A stretch of 20,000 bases of DNA from an uncultured virus (IMG/VR IMGVR_UViG_3300035208_003016) (IMGVR_UViG_3300035208_003016), one strand, 5' to 3'. Positions 1-8,784 are shown, counted from the first letter of the stretch. Numbers and translations: made by a program. The notes: generated by a model from the letters alone, not told the origin.

Positions 1-1745
1 TCTTTTAACTTATCTTTAGAAAGTTCATTACTATCTTTTTTATCTTCGTTTATACTAAAACCCATTGTTTTTGTTTGTTTATTATATAGACTTTCTAGGT
101 CTTTTTCTTCTAATGTTACTGAAAAAATTATTATTGTATTATTTAACTTAGCTTCACGTTCAGCACTATCTGTCATTTTACCAGTTCTACAACAATCAAC
201 TATGTAACTTTTTATAGTATCATGTGCATGATTTATTCCTCTGAAATAAACGACACTTAAAGGATTTGTTCTTACTGCTTTTATAAGTCCTCCAGATTTG
301 GCATAACCTACATATCCAGGAGGTGCACCTTTAAGTTCTGTAAGTGAAAATTCTTGTTTAAATCCACTCATATCATAATCAATAAAATAATTTTTAGATC
401 CAAATAGATATTGTGAAAGTAATTGTGCTGAAGTTTTTTTACCACAACCACTTGGACCGATATATAAAAGTATTGATATTGGACGTTCACGATCATATTT
501 AACATTTTTAAATATATTAACAATATTTGATAATTTATCTATTTGTTCATTCTGTCCAAATATATTAGATTTGAGTTCAGTAGAAATAAAATTATAGTCT
601 AGACTATTTTCAATTTGATCATAATCAACACCTGTTACTGAAGATATTGCTAAGTTAATATATTTATCTGTTAAAACTCGTTTACCTGCTATTGTAACTA
701 TACTTTCAAGTTCTTTTCTATTTTTATCTAAACTTAACAATTTATTATCTGATTGTAATATATTAACATCAGTTTGTTTAATTTCACGTTCATACATGAT
801 TGAACAAGCGATGTCTAGAATATCTAATGATTTATCTGGATTCTTTCTTGTTCCTAAAAATCTACTTCCAGTTTCTACAAGTTTCTTACATATTTCATTT
901 GGGATTATACATTTATGATGATCTTCATATACACTTTTTGTACCGATTATCATCTTAATTGTTTCTTCAATATTTGGCTCATTAACTGGAATTACTGTAA
1001 ATCTACGTTCTAGAGCACTATCCTCTGTTATAATAGAATGATATTCATTTATTGTTGTACTTCCTATAAAACGTATCTTTTCAGTAAGATAAGGTTTAAG
1101 AATGTCATTCATCTTATGACCAAGAAGTTGATGTACTTCATCTATAAATAGAATTACTTTATCATATTCAGAAGCTTTTTCAAGTATGTTTATAATAACT
1201 GTTATTGGATCGTCTTTATGTTTTGATAAGATATAAGGAACGTCCATATTGAGAATATAACAACCTTTAAGTTGTCTAGGAACTGTACGTTCAATAAGTC
1301 TAGCATTTACGGCGTTGACAAGTGCAGTTTTTCCCACGCCTGCTGGTCCGATAAGTATACAACCTCGTTTATTCTTTTTACTTAAAGTTAAAAGAATGCT
1401 TTCTATTTCTTTATCTCGACCTGTAATAATATTACCTTGTTGATATTTCATTATCTTACAAGGAGAAAGTTCTTTAAAATTTAAACTAAGTGGTGAATAT
1501 GATAATGAATCAGTTTCTATAATTTTTATAGATGTAGCTATAAGATTTTTAATGTCATTTATAGATGTATAAATACCATCAGGGAGTTGAGAAGACAGAT
1601 TATCTATAAATATATTTTCAGTTATTTTATCTTTTATGTCATAACTTTTGACGATATTTAAAGCTTGAGATGTAAAAATATCTGTAATATTTTTAGAAAC
1701 AAATAACTTAAATAAGTTTTCAACTGATGGAGATAATTTAATCAT
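1..1745 (-). CDS. ClpA/ClpB/ClpC-like double-AAA+ ATPase (3' end runs off the window)
   Basis: Not in the ORF track; translated by hand from ATG at 1743-1745 (ATGA overlap with the upstream stop). Contains ITGRDKEI, Walker A GPAGVGKT, Walker B LFIDEVH, EDSALERRF, PDKSLDILD, IFGQNEQI, GPSGCGK and the pore loop GAPPGYVGY. Confidence 0.93.
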   Translation of the reverse strand, partial: MIKLSPSVENLFKLFVSKNITDIFTSQALNIVKSYDIKDKITENIFIDNLSSQLPDGIYTSINDIKNLIATSIKIIETDSLSYSPLSLNFKELSPCKIMKYQQGNIITGRDKEIESILLTLSKKNKRGCILIGPAGVGKTALVNAVNARLIERTVPRQLKGCYILNMDVPYILSKHKDDPITVIINILEKASEYDKVILFIDEVHQLLGHKMNDILKPYLTEKIRFIGSTTINEYHSIITEDSALERRFTVIPVNEPNIEETIKMIIGTKSVYEDHHKCIIPNEICKKLVETGSRFLGTRKNPDKSLDILDIACSIMYEREIKQTDVNILQSDNKLLSLDKNRKELESIVTIAGKRVLTDKYINLAISSVTGVDYDQIENSLDYNFISTELKSNIFGQNEQIDKLSNIVNIFKNVKYDRERPISILLYIGPSGCGKKTSAQLLSQYLFGSKNYFIDYDMSGFKQEFSLTELKGAPPGYVGYAKSGGLIKAVRTNPLSVVYFRGINHAHDTIKSYIVDCCRTGKMTDSAEREAKLNNTIIIFSVTLEEKDLESLYNKQTKTMGFSINEDKKDSNELSKDKLK

Positions 1746-2104
1746 ATAAGTCCCTGTGTAAGATACCATTCAATAAATTGAGAATCGTTTATTCTTAGAT
1801 CACTTTGGTAATCTACATAATTAATTATTCTTTTTTCAAGTGTTGGATAATTTTTAATATTTTTAGATGTTACTAAAATAGGCTTACACATAAAATTAAG
1901 TAATCCCATTTCTATAACTGTAACTTCATTTATACTATTAATAACCGCCAATTTAATATTAGGAATCATTATAATATTTAATGAATCATTAAGTGTCCAA
2001 GTAGATAAATCTAATCCTAAAAGAATATCTAGATGTAATCTATCTTTTATTTTTGCTTTAATAACATCACAACAACTATCTGTATAAATCAGATTATTTA
2101 ACAT
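1742..2104 (-). CDS. hypothetical protein
   Basis: 120-aa ORF overlapping both neighbours in a coupled arrangement. Confidence 0.7.
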   Translation of the reverse strand: MLNNLIYTDSCCDVIKAKIKDRLHLDILLGLDLSTWTLNDSLNIIMIPNIKLAVINSINEVTVIEMGLLNFMCKPILVTSKNIKNYPTLEKRIINYVDYQSDLRINDSQFIEWYLTQGLI

Positions 2105-2649
2105 AAAATCTCTTTTTTGTTATAAGTTATTATCTTTGCTATAGGAAATAATTCTTTTTGACGATTAAATTTAATTTTAGCAGATTTAAACTCGTTTCCA
2201 TTAAGATCTAAAATACTTTTTAATGAAATAGGATTATTAATTATGTTAAATATTTCAGAAATTGAGGAATTATATTCCAATCCTGTAATTATATTTAAAA
2301 TATTAATGTCTGTATTTAATACTTTAATAAGCCATTCGTTATACTGTTTAGCTCCTTCACTAAGCCATATAGATGCTGTAAGATTTCTTGTGAAGTACTT
2401 ATTATAATAAGAATTTTTAGATAATAAAGTCTTTGTAGGAGATATAAGATAATATCCTAATTTACCTGTGTTTTCTAAAATACCAGAACGTTCAAATGAT
2501 TTAAGAACGTTTCGTATAGTAATATGTGATATTTCTAGATGTTCTGATAAAGTTTGTACTGATGGAATTTTTTGATTAATGATCCAAGTACCTCTAGAGA
2601 TCATTTTTTTAACGTAAATACTACATCGTTTGCTCGCTCTGTACTTCAT
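2098..2649 (-). CDS. GntR-like winged-helix DNA-binding protein
   Basis: N-terminal KIPSVQTLSEHLEISHITIRNVLKSFERSGILE..GKLGYY matches the GntR wHTH pattern. Confidence 0.75.
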   Translation of the reverse strand: MKYRASKRCSIYVKKMISRGTWIINQKIPSVQTLSEHLEISHITIRNVLKSFERSGILENTGKLGYYLISPTKTLLSKNSYYNKYFTRNLTASIWLSEGAKQYNEWLIKVLNTDINILNIITGLEYNSSISEIFNIINNPISLKSILDLNGNEFKSAKIKFNRQKELFPIAKIITYNKKEILC

Positions 2650-2962
2650 TTGGATACTCCAATTGTATGTAAAGTTCTATATAATGTTTAATTTTTTTCA
2701 GATCTTCAATACCATTTTTATCCATATATCTACATATATATTTAATTACATTACCTTGAAAGAAATTAAGCTTATTTTTAATTATAAATTCAACTGGTTG
2801 TATTACAAAATTTTTATAATGATTTCCACCAATTTGAGTGCTAAGAGGATTATTATCACGACTAAAAATAGCTTTAGGTTTATCTTTAAAAGTATTTACT
2901 TTGTGAGTTCCAGGAGGATCTGGAACGTATTTAGTTTCAACAAATTTATCTTGAGTTTCCAT
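2621..2962 (-). CDS. DUF3310 (SaV-like) phage protein
   Basis: QIGGNHYK...IQPVEFI...FFQGNVIKYICRY..KNGIEDLKK..HY motif. Confidence 0.85.
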   Translation of the reverse strand: METQDKFVETKYVPDPPGTHKVNTFKDKPKAIFSRDNNPLSTQIGGNHYKNFVIQPVEFIIKNKLNFFQGNVIKYICRYMDKNGIEDLKKIKHYIELYIQLEYPNEVQSEQTM

Positions 2963-3414
2963 TAGAAGTACCTATTTCTAGTATCAAAAGTAACTGTTAC
3001 GCATTGTTTATATTTATTTTTTTGAATATTTTTATTTTTGATGAATATATTAAAATATCTTAAATGTTGTTCAACTTTTCTTATACATATACATAATGAC
3101 TCTTTTGTAAATAATATATGATTAATGTTTTGAAGATTTAAATTTAAATTAATATTACCTAAACAATATGTATGTCCTCTATAATTTAAATTAGTAGTAA
3201 AAATAGTAGCATTATCTTCAATTATTATATATATATTTGTATTATGTTTTTGACAGATTGGAGTAAATATTTCTATAAGTTGTTTTTCAAGTTGTTCATT
3301 TTGAAAAGTAATATCATTTTCAATTTCTTTTTTCTTTTTACAATACGATGTTCTCTTCTTGAATAGTTCTATTAAGTTTTCTATCGGTGAGTTCAGATCT
3401 TTTCTCAAGTTCAT
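2962..3414 (-). CDS. hypothetical protein
   Basis: 150-aa ORF with AAGGAG RBS upstream; stop overlaps the next ATG. Confidence 0.7.
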   Translation of the reverse strand: MNLRKDLNSPIENLIELFKKRTSYCKKKKEIENDITFQNEQLEKQLIEIFTPICQKHNTNIYIIIEDNATIFTTNLNYRGHTYCLGNINLNLNLQNINHILFTKESLCICIRKVEQHLRYFNIFIKNKNIQKNKYKQCVTVTFDTRNRYF

Positions 3415-3495
3415 TAGATTTCTCCTTAAAGATATTATTCCAGTGTTCTTCAGTTACAAACATTCCTATTGGAAAATTTCCACGAGATTTACTAC

Positions 3496-3747
3496 TCATT
3501 GCACATCTCCATTAACTCTACATTGTTCTTCTTCATAGGGTGCAAGAAATCTACGACGAATTTCAGCTCCACATTCTGTAAGTTCTGCAATAAAATTTCG
3601 ATAATTTTGATAAGATGGAGAAATAGTATCCTTACAAAACTTAAAAAGAAGATAATTAAGTCTGCCATCTGGTTGTACTACTTCTTTCATACTTTCAACT
3701 ATTTTATCAATATGTATTCTATCAATGTCTGATTTTATATATGGCAT
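3496..3747 (-). CDS. conserved phage protein (DUF6899-like)
   Basis: MPYIK...GRLNY...YRNFIAELTEC..EIRRR..APYE....NGDV pattern. Confidence 0.65.
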   Translation of the reverse strand: MPYIKSDIDRIHIDKIVESMKEVVQPDGRLNYLLFKFCKDTISPSYQNYRNFIAELTECGAEIRRRFLAPYEEEQCRVNGDVQ

Positions 3748-3908
3748 TATTTATTCCTTTTATGACTGATATGATATTTCTTACAATATGGACATTTATA
3801 AGTATATAAATTTTTATAATGTTTAAGTCTTTTAATAGTTCTTAAAGCTACTTGTTCAGTTTTATATTGTTTTTTACTTGAACACATTAAAAATTCTGTA
3901 TAATTCAT
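3747..3908 (-). CDS. small putative Zn-binding phage protein (53 aa)
   Basis: Below the track cut-off; MNYTEFLMCSSKKQY...YKCPYCKKYHI; TAATG overlap with the next gene. Confidence 0.6.
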   Translation of the reverse strand: MNYTEFLMCSSKKQYKTEQVALRTIKRLKHYKNLYTYKCPYCKKYHISHKRNK

Positions 3909-3910
3909 AA

Positions 3911-4378
3911 TTAATAAGAAGAGTTAAAAGCTTTATAAAATGTATTAATAATTTTCTTTTCTAAGAGTTCTTCAACAGATGTAAAATAACAATTTACCAT
4001 TGTAGATAAGAATGGATGTTGTTTATGCATATCATCAGTTGTAATCATAAGTATTGGTAATTTCGCTTCATATGCAAATGCAATCTCTAGAATGGTCCCT
4101 ACGTTGACCCTGTCAGAACCAAAGTTATCCATATTAACGATAAAAAGATTACTTATTCTTATAGCATTATAATCTTTTATAAATATAGCTGATGGTGGTA
4201 TATTTGAAGTTAATCCAGAGATGTTATCTTCTCCATTAAGCGGATTAAGAAAACATACATCTCCATAATTTTTACCACTATTTTTCCAATTACTATAATG
4301 ATCAATTATTTGAGATCTCCATGCACGACAAAGATCTATTTCTTTTTCCGAGATAATTCCAGCAAGATAAATTTTCAT
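3911..4378 (-). CDS. nucleoside 2-deoxyribosyltransferase / dNMP N-glycosidase-like protein
   Basis: KIYLAG, FLNPL, KDYNAI..S and GTILEIAFAY..KLPI motifs of the NDT/DNPH1 fold. Confidence 0.8.
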   Translation of the reverse strand: MKIYLAGIISEKEIDLCRAWRSQIIDHYSNWKNSGKNYGDVCFLNPLNGEDNISGLTSNIPPSAIFIKDYNAIRISNLFIVNMDNFGSDRVNVGTILEIAFAYEAKLPILMITTDDMHKQHPFLSTMVNCYFTSVEELLEKKIINTFYKAFNSSY

Positions 4379-4620
4379 AAGTTAGTTTCTATATGTTCAT
4401 GACATTGTTTACTTGCATTAAGTAATGACCATTTTAGAAGGTATTCTACAGTTATTTTACTTAGATCTAAGTTACCATCTTCTTTTTTTGCAATGTCTAT
4501 TGGTGTTTTACTAGATCTAGAAGCATTTTGTAAATCTTCTATAAGTTCAACTAGATTATCAAACATACGCTTATGAAGATCTAGATGACTCTCTTTCCAA
4601 AGACCTTGTATAATTGACAT
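4375..4620 (-). CDS. hypothetical protein
   Basis: 81-aa ORF coupled to neighbours on both sides. Confidence 0.6.
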   Translation of the reverse strand: MSIIQGLWKESHLDLHKRMFDNLVELIEDLQNASRSSKTPIDIAKKEDGNLDLSKITVEYLLKWSLLNASKQCHEHIETNL

Positions 4621-4886
4621 TATAACTCCAAATCTTTGTAACTAATTATTTTAACATCTCTTGCTTTAGCAACATTTATTTTAGTCATTCCAGGATCATT
4701 TCCAACTATAAGATAATCTGTATAACTTCTAACTGTAGAATTATTTTTTACATAATATGTTTTATTTAAATATATTTCAAATTCTATTCTTGTATATCCT
4801 GGAATAGTTCCTGTTACACAAATATTTTTATATTTAAGATCTATTTTTTGTTTTGGTTCTTGATCTCTACGTAAGTTTATACCCAT
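4620..4886 (-). CDS. stand-alone BRCT domain protein (NAD-ligase/RFC type)
   Basis: ICVTGTIPGYTR.E...TDYLIVGNDPGMTKI..AK...VKIIS. Confidence 0.85.
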   Translation of the reverse strand: MGINLRRDQEPKQKIDLKYKNICVTGTIPGYTRIEFEIYLNKTYYVKNNSTVRSYTDYLIVGNDPGMTKINVAKARDVKIISYKDLEL

Positions 4887-5296
4887 TAATTACCACAGCA
4901 TGATTTAGGTTGTTTAAGTAATTCTTCAGTTTTAGTTTTATTAGTTTTAAAATTAACTATTAACTTATTTTTAAGTTCTTTAGCTATCTGACAATATTCA
5001 AGTTCAAGTCTTAGTAAATTTTTATTTTCTTCAGAAAAGTCTATTGGACAAGATATATTTAATATATAATCTTGATCTTTAAGTAAAACTATTTCTTCAA
5101 ATATATTTACGTTTATATTGTTAATTCTACAGAATGAAATTATATGACCGCCGACACATAGACCGAGTGATGATAATAATAACTCTAGAGGTGTATGAAA
5201 ATATAAATTACTTGATGTCTTTCCTCGTATAGGAACTTTTCCTACTGAAGTAATATTAATAATGTTATTTTTATCTCTCAGATTAACTGTTATCAT
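4886..5296 (-). CDS. OsmC/Ohr-like protein
   Basis: TPLELLLSSLGLC and a distal C.IA..L give the two-Cys OsmC pattern. Confidence 0.7.
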   Translation of the reverse strand: MITVNLRDKNNIINITSVGKVPIRGKTSSNLYFHTPLELLLSSLGLCVGGHIISFCRINNINVNIFEEIVLLKDQDYILNISCPIDFSEENKNLLRLELEYCQIAKELKNKLIVNFKTNKTKTEELLKQPKSCCGN

Positions 5297-5322
5297 TGTT
5301 CTATTTGTCCACTGCCATTTAA

Positions 5323-5544
5323 TTATAAATTATGACTTTTATCGATACTTGGATATAATTCTAACTTTCCGTAATAATTAATACTTAATATATTTCCAGC
5401 ATTATATTCATAAGTTCCATCTTTATTAACTATTGATAAAACTACACGATTATTATCTCTAAATAGTCTTAAGTATATTGGTGGTTTATTTTCTAATTGT
5501 AATTCAACTATTTCTTTTTCATCATAAGCTCGTAGATTAAGCAT
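5323..5544 (-). CDS. hypothetical protein
   Basis: 73-aa ORF 3 nt downstream of the PurZ-like gene. Confidence 0.55.
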   Translation of the reverse strand: MLNLRAYDEKEIVELQLENKPPIYLRLFRDNNRVVLSIVNKDGTYEYNAGNILSINYYGKLELYPSIDKSHNL

Positions 5545-5547
5545 ATT

Positions 5548-6522
5548 TTATCCTATTTCTTTAATATCATTTATAGTTGGACCATAACCAAACCATGATA
5601 TTTTTGAGATGTTATTTAATCTAGAATAAAATTCATTACAATTATCTTTATTAAGATAATTAATAAAATTCATAAATACATTAGTTACACCATTCATTAA
5701 ACAAGATTCTTTATATTGTTCAATAGAAAAAGAAAATAATCTTCTTACTTTTTTACTAATAGTTGTTAATTCTGGTACTTGCTTAATATCATTCCAGGTT
5801 ATTTCATGTTGGTCTTGATAATATGGTCCTGAATAACCAATCATATTACCTATATTATCAAAATGATTAGCAACTCTAATTGGATAAGTACGCATACAAG
5901 CTATAATTTTATCGACCCATTGAATAGGAATTCCTGCATCAGCTAATCCTTGTTGTGGACTTGTATTACGGCTAGTACAATAAGGATAAAATCCATGATT
6001 TAGTGATAATGAATGTCCTTGTGGTATTGCTAATTGAATATGTTTACATGATTTTAACAATTCAAACCAATTTCTTGCACTAATTGTAAATTCTGGTAAT
6101 ATTTTATTAGCAGTATTTATATTTTTAGGATCTCTATTTATTTTTTGAATAATAGAAGTACTAGTACCTCTCATAGTAGATCCTATTTGTATTAAATTCT
6201 TTTCTTTTTCTATATTATTTTCAGTTATTATTGTTGCATTTTCATGAATTAGAATTTTTGCATCTTTAGGAAGAAGTGCTTGCTCTTTCCAAAAATCAGT
6301 TATATTAATGATTGATCCTGGTGATAATAAATGTAAACATGGTGCATTAGTAGCAAATGTTGTCCATTTATTACCATTTGAATCAAAACCTCCAGAATTT
6401 GGACCAAAATTACTTACAATTGTATCTGGATTATATTTATGAAAATAATATTCATTAAAAAGTCGTTTACCTTCACTACCATATTGTCCACCAAAAATTA
6501 TATCTACCTTTGGATTATTCAT
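5548..6522 (-). CDS. purZ: adenylosuccinate synthetase-like protein, PurZ type
   Basis: GGQYGSEGK (Ser at the PurA Asp13 position), IGSTMRG, QGHSLSLNHGFYPYCTSR, RTYPIRVAN, ELTTISKKVRRLFSFS, FMNFINY. The family is secure; PurZ versus PurA is inferred from motifs. Confidence 0.75.
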   Translation of the reverse strand: MNNPKVDIIFGGQYGSEGKRLFNEYYFHKYNPDTIVSNFGPNSGGFDSNGNKWTTFATNAPCLHLLSPGSIINITDFWKEQALLPKDAKILIHENATIITENNIEKEKNLIQIGSTMRGTSTSIIQKINRDPKNINTANKILPEFTISARNWFELLKSCKHIQLAIPQGHSLSLNHGFYPYCTSRNTSPQQGLADAGIPIQWVDKIIACMRTYPIRVANHFDNIGNMIGYSGPYYQDQHEITWNDIKQVPELTTISKKVRRLFSFSIEQYKESCLMNGVTNVFMNFINYLNKDNCNEFYSRLNNISKISWFGYGPTINDIKEIG

Positions 6523-6523
6523 A

Positions 6524-8017
6524 TTATCCTATATCATAATTTTCAATAGTTTTAACTAAATTATTTTCACCTTGTTCTACAACTGAAATATAATCAAGTA
6601 CTTTATCACTCCATCCAGCTATAAGATTGACGTTATTACCAATTACTTTTATACTTCCATGCCCAGCTAGATCTATTGAATGAATCCACATGTTTTTATT
6701 TTTAGTTTTGAGCTGAGATGCATATCTTTGAGTATCTGAAGTTCTATAATCATAAGAGCTATCATTATAACATTGCATATCTGAAAATATAATAACTCTA
6801 TCAATAGGTTCATTTAAACTGTTAAGTACTTTAAACGCTTCATGAAGATTAGTACTATGACCTACTCCAGAATGCTCTAGTTTAGAAATATTATCAAATA
6901 TACTTGCTTTTGTTGAAAGATGTATAATTTTAGCAGTTTCTCCAAATGGAACAGCTATAGAGTTATCACAAAATTTAACTGCTGCTGATGCTAAAAGATT
7001 ACCAATTTGTCTCATTTGAACAATACTATCTTTTGAAATAGTACTATCCATACTACCACTTTCATCAGTTATAATAGCAGTAGTTCCAGATAATTTAGGA
7101 AGATTTTCAAATGAAATCAATAGTGCATCTTCAATAGTATCTAGAACTTTTGTACATCTAGTTTTACCAAGAGTTTCAACCATTTTATAAGCAGAGAAAA
7201 ATCTAAATGGAAGTTGTTTAGATTTACGTACTTCTTCTGGATTCTTAAGTATGTTGCATACTTTATCTAGATGAATGTCTGAAATATTATTTTCAAGCAT
7301 ATTTTTAAGATTACGTAAAAGCATCATATATCCAGCTTTACTATCTATAATCTCTTCCCATACTTTTTTACTTTGACCTTTTTCTGAAAGTATTGTTTCT
7401 CTTGTTTTAGGAGTTTTAAGACGATCTTCTATAAGACGTTTCCAAAGATCAGCTTGTTCCTGATCTTTAGGTTTTGGTCGACATAAAAGTAATGCGTCTT
7501 TAAGCTTTACAGTGCTTTTAGAGCCTTTGTATCGTGAGAGGCTATATTCATCAAACTTTGGAAATACATCTGCTATACCTCTTCGTAAGCTTCTAGGAAT
7601 AGGATTAACTTGTCTTTTACCTAAAGATAGATGATAAGCTAAGATATTAGTAATATCATCAACTCGTTCAATGATTTTACTGATCATTTTACGAACAATT
7701 CTATTACCTTTAGCACCTTTTGCTACTTCTGCGGCAAGTACATGAGATACACTACGCATATGAAATTCATTACGTGCGTAACAAGCAAGTCGTGCTACAA
7801 ATTCAGGATCTTCAGATATAACTCTACGTGCTACTGAAATAAGTTCTGAAGTATTATCTCCATAAAATTTAGGTTCATTAATGAAACTGGTGAGTACTTC
7901 TGTTACGAGTTTTTCTTTATCTTTAAGATCATAAGCGAGTCCACCAGCTTTATTTATTGTTTTTCTAGTAGTAATTGTTGATCTACCAGTACTAACTGCT
8001 TTTGTATTTGCTTTCAT
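6524..8017 (-). CDS. rsr: Ro60/Rsr TROVE + vWA domain RNA-binding protein
   Basis: N-terminal INKAGGLAY, DPEFVARLACYARNEFHMRS, FDEYSLSRY, MMLLRNL, SKQLPFRFFSAY, MIDAS DESGSM and IFSDMQ; 497 aa; GGAGG RBS. Confidence 0.95.
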   Translation of the reverse strand: MKANTKAVSTGRSTITTRKTINKAGGLAYDLKDKEKLVTEVLTSFINEPKFYGDNTSELISVARRVISEDPEFVARLACYARNEFHMRSVSHVLAAEVAKGAKGNRIVRKMISKIIERVDDITNILAYHLSLGKRQVNPIPRSLRRGIADVFPKFDEYSLSRYKGSKSTVKLKDALLLCRPKPKDQEQADLWKRLIEDRLKTPKTRETILSEKGQSKKVWEEIIDSKAGYMMLLRNLKNMLENNISDIHLDKVCNILKNPEEVRKSKQLPFRFFSAYKMVETLGKTRCTKVLDTIEDALLISFENLPKLSGTTAIITDESGSMDSTISKDSIVQMRQIGNLLASAAVKFCDNSIAVPFGETAKIIHLSTKASIFDNISKLEHSGVGHSTNLHEAFKVLNSLNEPIDRVIIFSDMQCYNDSSYDYRTSDTQRYASQLKTKNKNMWIHSIDLAGHGSIKVIGNNVNLIAGWSDKVLDYISVVEQGENNLVKTIENYDIG

Positions 8018-8074
8018 GACACCCTCCGTAAGAGATTATATTTTTAATAAAGGTTAATATATAACCAATATAGG

Positions 8075-8305
8075 TTAATTTATAAACATTAAAATTATCC
8101 AAGTAAATATTGCTAAAGGAATTGATAATTGTCCTATTGCTGGACAGAAACCTATAAGCGAACCTTGCCACCAAACTATAGCATCTGGTTTTCCCATAAA
8201 ATTTAACCAACTATTAATCGTATAAGGCCAACATATTGCTCCAATAATAGCACTTATAAGTAATATAAAAATAAATCCACCACAACTGGTTTTAACTGAA
8301 GCCAT
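8075..8305 (-). CDS. small membrane protein with two hydrophobic segments
   Basis: Start moved to MASVK (AGGAG RBS just upstream); the track's longer start lies inside Y-RNA-like element 1. Confidence 0.7.
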   Translation of the reverse strand: MASVKTSCGGFIFILLISAIIGAICWPYTINSWLNFMGKPDAIVWWQGSLIGFCPAIGQLSIPLAIFTWIILMFIN

Positions 8306-8334
8306 AAAATTCTCCTTTAAGTTAAAATAAAAAA

Positions 8335-8397
8335 TAGCGGAAAAATCGATAAATGTATTTTTTTCACACAAGAAGTAACATTTATCAGCATCCGCTA
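8335..8397 (-). ncRNA. Y-RNA-like element 1 (minimal, scaffold only)
   Basis: UAGCGGA/UCCGCUA stem, UGCU vs GAUUUU loop, GAUAAAUGU/ACAUUUAUC stem, UACUUC, short apical loop. Confidence 0.75.
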
Positions 8398-8404
8398 AAG
8401 TTAT

Positions 8405-8511
8405 ACAATAGTAATAAGAATCGAACTTACCTTTACGATACGTCTATCGATTAGTCTTCCAATAGGACTAGTCCTCGTGAGACCATGTTCCCCAGATCAT
8501 CATACTATTGT
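8405..8511 (-). ncRNA. atypical tRNA-like RNA with extra hairpins
   Basis: 9-bp closing stem ACAAUAGUA/UACUAUUGU, T arm GUAAG-UUCGAUU-CUUAU, D-like AUGAUC-UGGG-GAACAU, three further hairpins; no canonical anticodon loop. Confidence 0.6.
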
Positions 8512-8517
8512 TTGTTA

Positions 8518-8637
8518 TAATAATATAGCGTGTTATTACACCAAAAAACTACCATTCAGATTAGCTTTATTTCAGCCACTCGCTTTTCATTTACTCATTA
8601 AAGATGCTCTACTATTAAGGCTACTACTATATTATTA
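8518..8637 (-). ncRNA. candidate structured RNA / degenerate tRNA-like element
   Basis: Perfect 11-bp terminal inverted repeat; D-arm-like UAGCCUUAAUAGUAGAGCA; small hairpins UGGCU/AGCUA and GUGU/ACAC. Strand is inferred from context. Confidence 0.4.
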
Positions 8638-8648
8638 AAGTTAAAAAA

Positions 8649-8775
8649 TAAACGGTAAAAGCATTTTTAGTATTTTACGTGCTCTAACCAACTGAGCTAT
8701 CTATTAGAATCTAATAGAAAAGGACTCGAACCTTTGACATCGTCATATGAAGTAACTAAAAATAACAACCGTTTA
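8649..8775 (-). ncRNA. yrlA: YrlA-type Y RNA (element 2; circularly permuted tRNA mimic)
   Basis: Scaffold plus UACUUC, then T arm AAAGG-UUCGAGU-CCUUU, loop-closed acceptor hairpin UCUAUUAG/CUAAUAGA, and D arm UAGCUCAGUUGGUUAGAGCA. Confidence 0.88.
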
Positions 8776-8784
8776 ATATATAAA

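Noticed and set aside
7992..8210. 72-aa minus-strand ORF
   Set aside because: Overlaps the membrane-protein gene and the Ro60 start in another frame; no recognisable features.
8306..8371. N-terminal extension of ORF 8075-8371
   Set aside because: Runs into Y-RNA-like element 1; a better RBS supports the ATG at 8305.
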